From: Rubripirellula sp.
GTDB lineage: Bacteria > Planctomycetota > Planctomycetia > Pirellulales > Pirellulaceae
DNA: 64,000 nucleotides
Assembly (NCBI GenBank): GCA_965216875.1
Contig: OZ244207.1
Location: forward strand, 7,584,001 to 7,648,000
Direction of reading: 5' to 3'
The notes below the pieces were generated by a model. It did not search any database. It was not told the origin of the DNA and saw nothing but the letters and a program-made list of their open reading frames with translations. This document shows, in pieces, positions 1 to 10,104 of the stretch (its first letter is position 1; every line of letters starts with the position of its first letter). The position numbers and the translations under genes were made by a program.

Positions 1-840
1 CACTGTGTTGGCATGTGCGGCCCCCTTGCGATCTGGGCGACGGCGGGCGGACAGGCGCGGGGATCGATCATCACCTACCACCTTGGCCGGCTCACGACTT
101 ACCTTTCGGCTGGACTCGTGGCGGGCGTGCTTGGCACGGTGGTTGGCATCACGGGTGAATTTGCTGGGTTTCAAATGCTGGCGGCCCGAATCGCCGGTGG
201 TCTGTTGGTCGTTTTCGGCGTCATCCGTTTGGCCCAGCTGGTGCCGCGACGACGAGCGACTCAAGAGACGTCCGAGGGTGTGGTCGCGAGCATCGCCAAG
301 CCGTCCAAGATCGCAGCCCTTCTGCAACGTGCAAAACCGATTCTGGCCAGCCAGGGTCCACTCTCGCGTGCCTACTTTGGTGGCGTGCTGACAACATGGC
401 TGCCCTGTGGTTGGCTGTACCTGTTCGTGCTGATCGCTGCCGGCACAGGTTCGGTTGTCACCGCGGTCACCGTGATGTTTGCCTTTTGGGTCGGCACACT
501 CCCAGCTTTGACCGGGGTCGTGTTGGGCGCGAGAACGCTTGTGCCAAGGTTCAAGAGTGTTGTGCCAGCTGCGGCCGGCATTTTGCTTGTCATCTTTGGG
601 CTTTATACCGCAACCGGACGGGCCTCGGCTGATTTGTCGACAATGTTGCCGCCACAGACCCTGCCTAGCCTCGGCGACGTCGATTCGATGCTTAACGTTG
701 CCGATCAACCACTGCCCTGTTGTGAATGCGAGCAGGATGCGGCTGCTGGAATCAACGACGGATCGCAGCCACAATTGACGGAATCGCCAGGGCAAACGGT
801 CGCGGAAACCCTTTCCGCGGCGGACCCGCTTTCCGAGTGA
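1..840 (+). CDS. TauE/SafE (DsbD_2/UreH-like) membrane protein of cbb3-oxidase maturation clusters; 5'-truncated by the window edge
   Basis: Frame opens at base 1 with HCVGMCGP; also GRLTTY and LPCGWLY motifs, several TM segments and a C-terminal PCCEC; lies upstream of ccoI-ccoS. Confidence 0.85.
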   Translation, partial: HCVGMCGPLAIWATAGGQARGSIITYHLGRLTTYLSAGLVAGVLGTVVGITGEFAGFQMLAARIAGGLLVVFGVIRLAQLVPRRRATQETSEGVVASIAKPSKIAALLQRAKPILASQGPLSRAYFGGVLTTWLPCGWLYLFVLIAAGTGSVVTAVTVMFAFWVGTLPALTGVVLGARTLVPRFKSVVPAAAGILLVIFGLYTATGRASADLSTMLPPQTLPSLGDVDSMLNVADQPLPCCECEQDAAAGINDGSQPQLTESPGQTVAETLSAADPLSE

Positions 841-3398
841 CGAACCCGCCAGACATGTCCAGCGCGCCCTCCGATGAATCAACGCGACCGACAAGCGTCG
901 CATGCGCGCATTGTGGCTTGCCTGCCCCGCCACCAAAAGCGCCTGCCGAGCCATCGTTCTGTTGTCACGGTTGCAAGGGAGCCTACGAGCTGATTCGAGG
1001 GTGGGGACTCGAGGAGTACTACCAGCTGCGCGACGCAGATGGCGAGCTTGCGGTGGACGCTTCGGAAATCTCGTTCGCCGACTTCGACGATGCGGCCCTG
1101 CTTGGGCGATCGGCACCGATGCCCGTCAGCAACATCCAAAGCGTCCGAGATCAACGCGACCAGAGGTTTCGTTCAAAACTCTCGGTGTCGGGTTTGCATT
1201 GTGTCGCTTGCATTTGGTTGATCGAACGTGCGAGCGAACGTGTCGATGGTTGGCATTCGACGACCGTCAACATGCACACGCGAACGATAGAAGTCGTCTT
1301 CGACCCCAATGTCATTCGGCTATCGGCGATCGGGATGTATTTGTATCGACTGGGTTATCGCATCTCGGTCTGGCAACCTGATCAAGACAAAGATCCCGAT
1401 GCCAAAGAAAACACCAAGATGTTGATTGGCATTGCGGTGTCGGGGTTTTGCGCTGCGAACGCCATGTGGATCGCCGTCGCGCTTTACGCGGGCGAACACT
1501 CGGGCATCGAGGACGAACATGCCTGGTTCTTACGCGTCGCGGGCGTTGTCCTTGGTTCACTTGCCGTCATTTTTCCTGGCCGCGTCTTCTATCGAAGTGC
1601 ATGGGCATCCTGGAAAACCCGCACTCCACACATGGACTTGCCGGTCGCGGTTGGGTTGACTGCTGGGCTCTTGGGCAGCATTCACGGTTTGTTTGATTTG
1701 CAGAACCAAGTCTACTTTGACTCGATCGCTGCGCTGGTGTTTTTTCTTCTGGTGGGTCGCTGGATTCAAATGCGGCAACAACGACGTGCTGGTGAAGCGG
1801 TCGCCGAGCTTGTTCGCATCGCGCCGCATGTCGCCACACGGATCAACCAGGATGGCAGCGAAGATCGTGTTCCCGTCGACTCGATCGCGATCGGTGACCT
1901 GGTTCGCATCGATCCTGGCAATAGCATTCCCATCGACGGCGAAATCACCGATGGCACTTCCGCTGTCGATCGCTCGCTGATGACCGGAGAAAGCCGTCCG
2001 GTCGAGGTGGGGCAAGGCGATTTGGTCGAGGCGGGAACGGAAAACCTGCAAGGTTCACTTACGGTGCGAGCCACCGCAGCGCCCAACGACACTCGATTCG
2101 CAGAATTGACACGCGCCGTCGCCAAAGCGGCCCAATCACGTACGCCGATCGTCCAACTTGCCAATCGCATCGGTGGCTGGTTTGTGATGGTCGTTCTCTC
2201 TTTGGCGGTCATCACGGCATTCATCTGGTGGCAGCGAGATCCATCGCAGGTGGTTGGTCATGTTGTCTCGCTATTGATCGTGGCCTGCCCATGCGCTCTC
2301 GCTCTGGCGACACCCCTTGCCATTGCGGTCTCCATCGGAAGGCTCGCCAAACGCGGCATCTTGGTGCGCGACGGAGATTGCTTGGAACGGATGCATCACA
2401 CCGGCACGATCCTGTTTGACAAGACGGGGACGTTGACCGAGGGCAAGATGCGGGTGTCGCGTTGGGTTGGCGACGACTCATCACTCGCTGCGTCGGCGGC
2501 AATCGAAGCCAACGTCAATCACCCCATTGCAAAAGCGGTCACCCATTTCGCCGCGGATAAAAGCGTGGATCGAGCCGAGGCGGAAGACGTGCGCCAGGAC
2601 GTGGGGCGAGGTGTAAGTGGCGTTGTTAACGGAGCCCGCTACACGATCGGTCGTGTCGATATCGCAACCCTGGATCGAAACCGTCAACTGTCGATGGTCA
2701 GCGGCCGTTCCATTGACGTCGTCGATTCGAGTCGTGATTGGCACGCGATTGCCGAAGAGATCGCCGACGATGGAGCGAGTCCATTGCAGGTTTTGCGCGA
2801 CGACGAGGTTGTTGCGTTGTTCGGCGTTACTGACCCGCTTCGAACCAGTGCCTTTGAAGTGACCCGGTTTTTCCGCCAACAGGGTTGGGAACTCGGAATC
2901 ATTTCGGGTGACAATCAACGGACGGTCAATCGTGTCGCCGCGGCCCTCGAACTTGATGAACACTGTAGCCAGGGCGAACTACTTCCCGAAGAGAAGCTTC
3001 AGGCAATCGAGAACCACAAGTCTGGCGGCCGAGCAAAGACGGTTGTGATGGTGGGTGACGGAGTCAACGATGCTGCTGCGCTCGCCGCCTCGGACGTTGG
3101 CATTGCGATTGGAGGTGGAGCTGCCGCAAGTCTGCACGCGGCGCCCGTACTGATCGCTGACGGACGGCTATCAAGAATCACGTTGCTGGCCGAAGCAGCT
3201 GAACAAACGCGGAAGAGTATTCAAAGGAATTTTGCAGTTTCCATCAGCTACAATGCGTTTGCTGTGGTGTTGGCAATGACGGGGATGATCACGCCGCTGA
3301 TTGCCGCGCTGCTCATGCCAATCAGCAGCGTGAGTGTGCTTGCACTAACGATGTCCCATAAGACTCTGCCCGATTCGAGATCGGAGAAAGGATCATGA
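837..3398 (+). CDS. ccoI: Heavy-metal (Cu) P1B-type ATPase, CcoI/FixI type
   Basis: N-terminal CAHCG..FCCHGC, HMA-like HCVACIWLIE, TGES, CPC, DKTGT, HP, GDGVND. Start taken as GTG 837 overlapping the upstream stop (ATG 855 alternative). Confidence 0.9.
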   Translation: MTNPPDMSSAPSDESTRPTSVACAHCGLPAPPPKAPAEPSFCCHGCKGAYELIRGWGLEEYYQLRDADGELAVDASEISFADFDDAALLGRSAPMPVSNIQSVRDQRDQRFRSKLSVSGLHCVACIWLIERASERVDGWHSTTVNMHTRTIEVVFDPNVIRLSAIGMYLYRLGYRISVWQPDQDKDPDAKENTKMLIGIAVSGFCAANAMWIAVALYAGEHSGIEDEHAWFLRVAGVVLGSLAVIFPGRVFYRSAWASWKTRTPHMDLPVAVGLTAGLLGSIHGLFDLQNQVYFDSIAALVFFLLVGRWIQMRQQRRAGEAVAELVRIAPHVATRINQDGSEDRVPVDSIAIGDLVRIDPGNSIPIDGEITDGTSAVDRSLMTGESRPVEVGQGDLVEAGTENLQGSLTVRATAAPNDTRFAELTRAVAKAAQSRTPIVQLANRIGGWFVMVVLSLAVITAFIWWQRDPSQVVGHVVSLLIVACPCALALATPLAIAVSIGRLAKRGILVRDGDCLERMHHTGTILFDKTGTLTEGKMRVSRWVGDDSSLAASAAIEANVNHPIAKAVTHFAADKSVDRAEAEDVRQDVGRGVSGVVNGARYTIGRVDIATLDRNRQLSMVSGRSIDVVDSSRDWHAIAEEIADDGASPLQVLRDDEVVALFGVTDPLRTSAFEVTRFFRQQGWELGIISGDNQRTVNRVAAALELDEHCSQGELLPEEKLQAIENHKSGGRAKTVVMVGDGVNDAAALAASDVGIAIGGGAAASLHAAPVLIADGRLSRITLLAEAAEQTRKSIQRNFAVSISYNAFAVVLAMTGMITPLIAALLMPISSVSVLALTMSHKTLPDSRSEKGS

Positions 3399-3604
3399 GT
3401 GTCCTTTACATTGCTCTACCGATCGCCGTGGGCTTGGGAGCCCTGGCGATGTGGGCGTGCATCCGATGTATCCAGTCAGGGCAGTTCGAAGACATGCAAT
3501 CGCCGGCTGTACGAATGTTGATCGACGACCAACCGCAGCCTAGTGACGACGTGGATGGCATTGGTCAAACAGCTGCAGAATCCGACCAATCCACCGTTGA
3601 CTAG
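3395..3604 (+). CDS. ccoS: cbb3-type cytochrome oxidase assembly protein CcoS/FixS
   Basis: MSVLYIALP, one TM helix, SGQFED..PAVRMLIDD; overlaps the ccoI stop. Confidence 0.9.
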   Translation: MSVLYIALPIAVGLGALAMWACIRCIQSGQFEDMQSPAVRMLIDDQPQPSDDVDGIGQTAAESDQSTVD

Positions 3605-4584
3605 GATTCGTCGTTGCTCGCGCTGTCGATCTCATCAAAGTACGTCTGTTTCTCGAACTGTTCGTCATCCAATCCGACGTTCAGTTTCAAGTTGACGTAG
3701 TTGTACTCTTCGATCAACGGCAGATTCTTCTTGTCGTCGTCTTGTGGCCAACCGTAGACGACCAGTCGGATTGGGACGTGAAGTTCGTCGTCAACGTACA
3801 GACTTGCACGGTAGAACTCGACGCCACCGCGGTCCTCGGGATGCAAGACTTGAATGTGTGTGCAGACGCGATCCTTGACCTTGGCTCCGCGAAAGTAGGA
3901 GACTTTGGTATTCGATCCGTCGGGGTCACGTTCGATATCGGCAGTCACACGATCGACCAATCGATCCATGATTTTGTCGAATCCGACATCGGTGATTGCA
4001 TAGTTGCTTTCTCGGCGAGCGATCTTGCCGCGTGGGTCGATCTTCAACTCGACGTTCTTGAAGGCACCACGGCCCCCTTTCTTGACCAACACCAAACCTT
4101 CGTTTTCGCCGTCGACATAAAGGACCGTGCGGCCTTTGACACTTTTGGGCGCCTGGAACTCCATCATCACGGCCATAGGCATTTGATCGTCCCCATCCTT
4201 TGCTTCACGCTCGCGTCTGAATTTCACCGCGGCGAGTTGATAGGGTTGAAGCCGACCGTCGATTCGTTCGCGCTTGACCAGTTGGCAGGTGTAGTCGCGG
4301 ATGTGGTTGCGAATGTAATTCGAACGCGACTTGGCGTATTCGATCGTTTTTTGCAACGGATGAATGAAGGACTTCACCGGTCGGGGTTCGACCGATTTAA
4401 TGCTCGCTGGTTGGACCTTCGCCGAGCTGGGGTTGGGGGCTTTGGCGATCGAGGCGGAGGCCTGAGTGACCTCGGCGGACGCCGGTTTTTCCTTGCCTGC
4501 TGGAGTCTCGTCGGCACTTGCTGGCGGCATCAGCAAGCCAGCAATGACAACCAAACTAAGCGCTCGCTCACGTGGCAACTTCAT
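3601..4584 (-). CDS. Secreted DUF1571-type protein
   Basis: Signal peptide; DYTCQLVKRERIDG, Y.IT.VGF and LIEEY.Y.NLKLNVGL.D..F motifs. Confidence 0.75.
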   Translation of the reverse strand: MKLPRERALSLVVIAGLLMPPASADETPAGKEKPASAEVTQASASIAKAPNPSSAKVQPASIKSVEPRPVKSFIHPLQKTIEYAKSRSNYIRNHIRDYTCQLVKRERIDGRLQPYQLAAVKFRREREAKDGDDQMPMAVMMEFQAPKSVKGRTVLYVDGENEGLVLVKKGGRGAFKNVELKIDPRGKIARRESNYAITDVGFDKIMDRLVDRVTADIERDPDGSNTKVSYFRGAKVKDRVCTHIQVLHPEDRGGVEFYRASLYVDDELHVPIRLVVYGWPQDDDKKNLPLIEEYNYVNLKLNVGLDDEQFEKQTYFDEIDSASNDES

Positions 4585-4807
4585 CCTTGATCACCCTTTT
4601 CCAGCAACGATTCCCTTCGCACGACCCCGGTCGCGGAACCGTTCAATCCATCCATTCAACGTCAGCGGGGCAAACGACGTTCGTGGGGCATACGGGCACA
4701 CCCACGTTTGGAACGATCGTCTATAGAAAGTCCACGGCTTTCATGGCAAGACACAAAATGAAAGCGCGGTCGTGAAACACGTTGGAGCGCGTGTCGTGAA
4801 CGAATCT

Positions 4808-7318
4808 TCAGGCTTCAAGTGAATCGATCATTTCGCCATCTGGGCGGATGCGAAACGAAAAGACCGCACCTCCGTCGGGGGAATTCGATGCGGTGATCAA
4901 TCCCCCGTGCCCTTCGATAATGGTCTTGCTGATCGCCAGCCCGAGACCCATTCCGCTCGGCTTCGTCGATGAAAACGCATCGAAGAGATTGAAATTGTCC
5001 GGCGGCAGCCCAGGGCCATTATCGGACACCTGAAGGACCAATAGCCCTTCCTGGCAACTTGCGCTGATCGCCACACGAGGTGGCGCATCGTCACCGCGCT
5101 GGCGAGCCGCTTCGAATGCGTTGCGTAGCAAGTTGACGAGGACTTGTTGGATTTGAATGGCATCGACTTTGACCTGGGGCAGCCCACCCTCGATTTTGCA
5201 GTCAACCTGAATTCCCGCACGGGTGGCGTCGTGCTTGGTCAGCGTCATCGCGGCATCGACCACGGTTGCAATATCAACGTCACCCCGTTTTGTGGGCACG
5301 GAGTCGACAAAATCGCGAAGACGCATGATCACGGCGCCGGCAAATGACGAGGCCGAAATGATCTGACCGAGCCATTCCTGCACCTGCGTTTTGTCGATTT
5401 CGCCCTCGCCCCCATTGATGCCTTCTCCGCCGATGATGTTGGAACATGCCTTGGCGAAATTCTGAATCGCGTACAGAGGCTGGTTCAATTCGTGAGCCAG
5501 GCCCCCGACCATTTCGGCCATGGTCGAGATTCGGTCGACATGAGCGAGTTCTGTTTCCATCTTCCGCAAGCTGTCTTCGACACGCTTGCGTTCGGTGACG
5601 TCTCGCGCAAATGCAATGACGCGAGCAATGCCATCGACCGCGACGCGAACCGCCGTGACGTCAACTGGAAAGACGGTTCCATCTTTACGAACGTGGCGCA
5701 CTTCAAAGTCAAGGCAGTCGCCGTTAGCCAACCGATCGAGTCGATCAGGGAGTAACGCGGCATCTTCGGGAACGTCAAGACTCGCTAAGGATTTGCCGGT
5801 CAACTCGCCGGAACGATAGCCATGCATATGCTCGGCAGCTTCGTTGGCCATGATGATCGCACCTCGATCTTTACCCTCGGCATTGATCAAGAAAATCGCG
5901 TTTGGCGCGTTTTGAAAAATCGTCTTGAAGCGTTCTTCGCTTTCGTAGAGGGCGTGTTCGATTTCGCGTCGTTCGGTGATATCCGCTAGGGCTCCGACGG
6001 CGCGCACTGGCTGCGAGTTTTCGTCAAGCTCTACTCGGCCGCGAGCTTGGACCCACCGCATGCGGTCCTGACCGAACACGCGGTATTGGCAGTTGTAGGG
6101 TTTGCCCTCGAACATCGATTCGTTGATTCGCTGAACCACATCGTCGCGATCGTCGTCGTGAATGCGAGCGAGATACAGCTCGAGCGGTGCGCCGGCCTCA
6201 GCGGTCTCGTAGTCGATACCGAACACTAACGCCAAGCCTCGATCAGCTCGCACAATGTCGTTGGGGATGTCGTAATCCCAGGTGCCAATGGCGCCGGCCT
6301 CGAGTGCAAGGGTTTGGCGATGTTGCGTCTCGACAAGCGCCTCTTGAACGATCGTACGTTCAATCTCACTGGCCGCACGGTTCGCAAAGAGTTCGAGGAT
6401 CTGGCGGGCGGCCCGGCGATCATTCATCGGTTTGTCGTCGATTGCCGACAAGAGGCCAAGGGTTTCGCCGGATGAACTGACAAGTGGCGTGCCGAGGTAA
6501 CTTACCGCCTTCATGTCGACAAGCATCGTGTCGGCGGGGAATTGCTCGACGATACTGTCGGGGTAAAAGCAAGTACGGGCTGCAACCACGTGGTCACAAG
6601 GTGTTCCCGCCAAGTCGTAAGTGACGTTCTCGGCAAGCTCGCCATCGGCCCAGTAAGCAAGAGCGCTTGCTTGTGACTTATCGGGACCCACCAACTTTCC
6701 AAGAAAGACGTACCGAAACCCAAACACTTCTGCCAAGTGTTTGACCAAAGCTCGATAAAAGTCTTCGCCCGTGCAACGCGCCGTCCCTTCCACGATGCAA
6801 CTCATCGCTTCACGGACCAACTTCGACTCTTGCTCGACTTCCAGCCGATCGGAGACATCACTGGCGAGCGAGAGCCAAGAAATGACCTTTCCCGATTCTT
6901 CCCGAACGACCGAGTTGAACCACTCGCAAGAAACGACCGAACCGTCTTTGCAATAGTTGCGATTGAATGACTGGTTATAGTCAACTTCGCCGCTTACCAA
7001 CTGTTGGCTCACCGACTTGACGTGCTCAATGTCGTCGTCGTGGATGAAGCGAAAGTCATTCCACGGCCTGCCGATCACTTCTTCAGCGGTCCAGCCAAAA
7101 ATCTCTTCGGCTCGCTTGGACCAATGCGCGACGACCAAGTTCTCGTCCCACTCGATCACACCCAAGGGTGAGTGATCGATGGGATGTTTGAATGGCAACT
7201 TGCGGAGAGTCGGAGCCGGCGTCCGTTTCCCCTCTTGGAGGTCGAGTTGCTTGAGCCGAGCATGGATCTCTTCGAGCTGCTCAAGCAATTCCTCGCGTGT
7301 TTCGGCCACCTTGGACAT
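4808..7318 (-). CDS. Soluble PAS-GAF-PAS-PAS histidine kinase
   Basis: PAS/PAC repeats (KDGS, RWVQARG, RKDGT), GAF (GTPC..SYLGTPL), H-box HELNQPL, N-box, DNGPG, GMGLGL; no TM segment. Confidence 0.9.
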   Translation of the reverse strand: MSKVAETREELLEQLEEIHARLKQLDLQEGKRTPAPTLRKLPFKHPIDHSPLGVIEWDENLVVAHWSKRAEEIFGWTAEEVIGRPWNDFRFIHDDDIEHVKSVSQQLVSGEVDYNQSFNRNYCKDGSVVSCEWFNSVVREESGKVISWLSLASDVSDRLEVEQESKLVREAMSCIVEGTARCTGEDFYRALVKHLAEVFGFRYVFLGKLVGPDKSQASALAYWADGELAENVTYDLAGTPCDHVVAARTCFYPDSIVEQFPADTMLVDMKAVSYLGTPLVSSSGETLGLLSAIDDKPMNDRRAARQILELFANRAASEIERTIVQEALVETQHRQTLALEAGAIGTWDYDIPNDIVRADRGLALVFGIDYETAEAGAPLELYLARIHDDDRDDVVQRINESMFEGKPYNCQYRVFGQDRMRWVQARGRVELDENSQPVRAVGALADITERREIEHALYESEERFKTIFQNAPNAIFLINAEGKDRGAIIMANEAAEHMHGYRSGELTGKSLASLDVPEDAALLPDRLDRLANGDCLDFEVRHVRKDGTVFPVDVTAVRVAVDGIARVIAFARDVTERKRVEDSLRKMETELAHVDRISTMAEMVGGLAHELNQPLYAIQNFAKACSNIIGGEGINGGEGEIDKTQVQEWLGQIISASSFAGAVIMRLRDFVDSVPTKRGDVDIATVVDAAMTLTKHDATRAGIQVDCKIEGGLPQVKVDAIQIQQVLVNLLRNAFEAARQRGDDAPPRVAISASCQEGLLVLQVSDNGPGLPPDNFNLFDAFSSTKPSGMGLGLAISKTIIEGHGGLITASNSPDGGAVFSFRIRPDGEMIDSLEA

Positions 7319-7498
7319 GAATTCTCGGCATCAATCGAAAAGGGCCCCGCGACGTGATTTGAGCATCACACTGGATCAATGTCGACACCGATCTGGTGAT
7401 CACGGCACGACGCACTGAAAGCATCCCAGCGGCCATGCCCAACATCATTCTGCCACATTTCATGCCAAGAATCAGCCTGTCACTTGAACTGGCCCCAT

Positions 7499-7879
7499 TC
7501 AACCATCAATTCCAACATCTCCTGTGATCTTGTCTTTGTAGATGGAGAGTCGTCCGAGCGCCGCATCGACGTCATGCGGATCGACGCCCGCCGCTTCGGC
7601 CGCGTCTGCGAAGTGACCGCAGAACGTCGCGAAGTGTTGGTCGGTGATTCCGCGTCCCTTGTGAATCGCCGTCAATTCGGCTCCCGTGTAGACAACGGGG
7701 CCATCAAGTGCAGAGGCGATGAATTCAAACTGCATCCCGTGCAGCCGCTCCATCGATGTGTTTTCAAAGAAATGGCTAAGCGAAGGATCGCTAAGCACGC
7801 GCTGGTACATGTCGCGAACAATCGCAGCGACCTTTTCTTTCCCGCCAAAACGGTCAAAAAGCGATGGTGTTGAATTCAT
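7499..7879 (-). CDS. Group I truncated haemoglobin
   Basis: LFDRFGG, Y(B10)..VL.DP.L.HFF, Q..F...LDGP..YTG and proximal His in AIHKG. Confidence 0.9.
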   Translation of the reverse strand: MNSTPSLFDRFGGKEKVAAIVRDMYQRVLSDPSLSHFFENTSMERLHGMQFEFIASALDGPVVYTGAELTAIHKGRGITDQHFATFCGHFADAAEAAGVDPHDVDAALGRLSIYKDKITGDVGIDG

Positions 7880-7910
7880 GGTGCTACCTGAACTTTGGGG
7901 ACGTGAATTC

Positions 7911-8399
7911 CTATTCGGGAATGTGAGCGGGGATCAACCGCACACCTCCGTGGGGTTGGTCAGCAATCCGTAGGGCATCACGCACGTAGTCGTGGCAGTT
8001 GATGCAGGTCGTTGTGATATGCAGGTAGGTAAACGACGCCCCCTCGTGATTCGTCTTCTGGGCAAGTTCTTCCAACTTGTGGCACTGACGCCGCAGTTCG
8101 GTCGAATAGTGTTCGTAGACTGGATCACGAGCACGCGGCCATTCGGCAGCTTCACTGATCCGAATCATCTCTTTGGCACCTTCGCTGATCAACGTAAAGT
8201 CTTCAGCAAGCAGGCCCTCGAGCACTTTCTGGGAACTCGACAGCTTCGCTCGCATCAACACTTCGGTTTCATTCAGCGCTGGCTGATGCGTCTTGGCACT
8301 GGCACTGGGTGGCTGCGGATCGGCCGCACCCAACATCATGGCGGTGATCGCGCCGACAAAGAGGGTGGCAACAATCAAGACAATGGGGTGACGAGTCAT
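7911..8399 (-). CDS. Exported mono-heme helical cytochrome c (cytochrome c'-like), paralog 1
   Basis: Signal peptide from Met 8399; helical; single C-terminal CINCH. Confidence 0.7.
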   Translation of the reverse strand: MTRHPIVLIVATLFVGAITAMMLGAADPQPPSASAKTHQPALNETEVLMRAKLSSSQKVLEGLLAEDFTLISEGAKEMIRISEAAEWPRARDPVYEHYSTELRRQCHKLEELAQKTNHEGASFTYLHITTTCINCHDYVRDALRIADQPHGGVRLIPAHIPE

Positions 8400-8490
8400 T
8401 CGTTCAATCCTTTTCGTTTTAGGTCTCCGTTCTCTTGCGGCGAACGAAACAGAAGTTCGCCGCAATGGACATTCTTGCAGCCGAGGGATC

Positions 8491-9549
8491 TTAGACACGC
8501 ACCCAATCTTTCAATCGTGTGTGTTCGAAAATCATCTCGTGTTGCACTTGCAGGTTCTGTCCCATGCCTGCGTCACTTGCACGATGGTACATTGCGATCG
8601 CAATCGCCACGTCAACGTAGGCGAGGCCAACGGCGTTAAAGTAAATCCGTTCGTCTGGCGATTCACGCCCAGGCACTTTTCCTGTGATCAAGTCGACCAG
8701 GTTTCCGTGCACATCGGCATCGGTCAGTTCGCCATCTTTGTACATGCGACTGAGCGTCTGCGTTCGATGTTTGACTGTTTCCCAGTCGTCACAGACGATT
8801 TTGTCACATGCTTTGGCGACGGCATATTCATCTTCCCAACCGCCAACGTGGCTGTAGAACGCGCCCGGTTTCATCCATTGCGCTTTCAACAGCGGTGCCT
8901 GCGCACTGGTGGCGGTCACGATGATGTCGGCCTCGTCGGTCGCACGTCCGAGATCCGACTGAGCCATTTCGAACTCCATCGATGGCAGGATCGCTGACAT
9001 TTCGCTGACGAATTGTTCCTCTTCGACCGTGTCCTTCGCGGCGACGCGGCAGACCGAAAGCGACGGTACCGCAGTCTTCATCGCGATCAGGTGCATCTTG
9101 GCTTGTTCGCCAGCACCAATGAACCCAATCACCTCCGAATCGTCTTTCGCCAGGTGCTTTGCCGCGATCGCGCCCATCGTGCCGACGCGTACGTTTGAAC
9201 AAAGCGTGCCTTCCATGAATGCGATCGGGAACCCTTTCTCAATTTCAGAAAGAATGATCACAGCCGAAAGGTTTTGCACACCGTGCTTGGCCGGATTGGG
9301 TGGGAAAACCGACACCCACTTTACGCCGCAGATCTTGCGGTCTTTAAAGGTCGCCGGCAAGCAGTTGATGCGTTCTTGCGTGTCGTCATTGAAGATCTGC
9401 ACGATCTTTTCGGGGAACAGGACTTTGCCTTCGGCATAAGCTTGAATCCCCTCCTCGGCAGCTTCCATTGCCATGCTGATGTCAAGGCAACCTGCACCGA
9501 GCAAATCTTCTTGTGAAAAGTAGCGGCAGTTGATCTCGTGGCTGAGCAT
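8491..9549 (-). CDS. Ornithine cyclodeaminase/mu-crystallin family protein (SbnB-like motifs)
   Basis: RINCLPA, GVKWVSVFPPN, GFIGAGEQA Rossmann motif, DIIVTATS, FNAVGLA..D. Confidence 0.85.
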   Translation of the reverse strand: MLSHEINCRYFSQEDLLGAGCLDISMAMEAAEEGIQAYAEGKVLFPEKIVQIFNDDTQERINCLPATFKDRKICGVKWVSVFPPNPAKHGVQNLSAVIILSEIEKGFPIAFMEGTLCSNVRVGTMGAIAAKHLAKDDSEVIGFIGAGEQAKMHLIAMKTAVPSLSVCRVAAKDTVEEEQFVSEMSAILPSMEFEMAQSDLGRATDEADIIVTATSAQAPLLKAQWMKPGAFYSHVGGWEDEYAVAKACDKIVCDDWETVKHRTQTLSRMYKDGELTDADVHGNLVDLITGKVPGRESPDERIYFNAVGLAYVDVAIAIAMYHRASDAGMGQNLQVQHEMIFEHTRLKDWVRV

Positions 9550-9614
9550 CTTGAAACTCGATTGTTACTTCGTGTAAGTGGATTGAAAAACGGGGGTCTG
9601 TTTCAAAGGGAAAG

Positions 9615-10067
9615 CTACTTTTTCTCGGCCTCCTGTTGTTTCGTCCGTTCGTCCGTCAGCGGCAAACCGCCTTGCTGCTGACGCAGATAGGAGTGGCATT
9701 CGATGCAGCGAACCGTAAGTGAAACGTAGCCGAGTGCGGCCCGATCGACGTTCTTGTCACGGCTCGCTTTGCTGATTGCATCGGTGGTGCGGCGAAACTC
9801 CATGCTCTGTTTGGCGTACTCTTCGGTTTGCAAAATCTTCCAGCCACTCTCAAGGCTTAACAGCCCGAGTGCTTGAGCGTTCTTGGTGATTTTGTCGTGG
9901 TCCTCAAGTGCCAACCCTTCGAGGATCTGCTTGGAGTATTCGAGTTTCAGTTGCATCACGCCCTTCAAGGGGCGGCTGGGGCTATCGATCGGACGTTGCG
10001 CCGAAGCGAGCCCGGTCATGCCCAACGCAAGGACAACAGCGGCAAGAGATTTCAAAGGAAAACGCAT
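9615..10067 (-). CDS. Exported mono-heme helical cytochrome c (cytochrome c'-like), paralog 2
   Basis: Signal peptide (..ASA); M..KL..S..ILEGL..ED shared with 7911-8399; C-terminal CIECH. Confidence 0.7.
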   Translation of the reverse strand: MRFPLKSLAAVVLALGMTGLASAQRPIDSPSRPLKGVMQLKLEYSKQILEGLALEDHDKITKNAQALGLLSLESGWKILQTEEYAKQSMEFRRTTDAISKASRDKNVDRAALGYVSLTVRCIECHSYLRQQQGGLPLTDERTKQQEAEKK

Positions 10068-10104
10068 CGTTCATTCACCAATTCGAGTTAACTTTCATCA
10101 CTGT

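Noticed and set aside
7451..7468. Sigma-54 motif upstream of the 836-aa kinase
   Set aside because: TTGGCATG..GC spacing is 11, not 10; a similar near-miss (spacing 9) lies at 13673-13688
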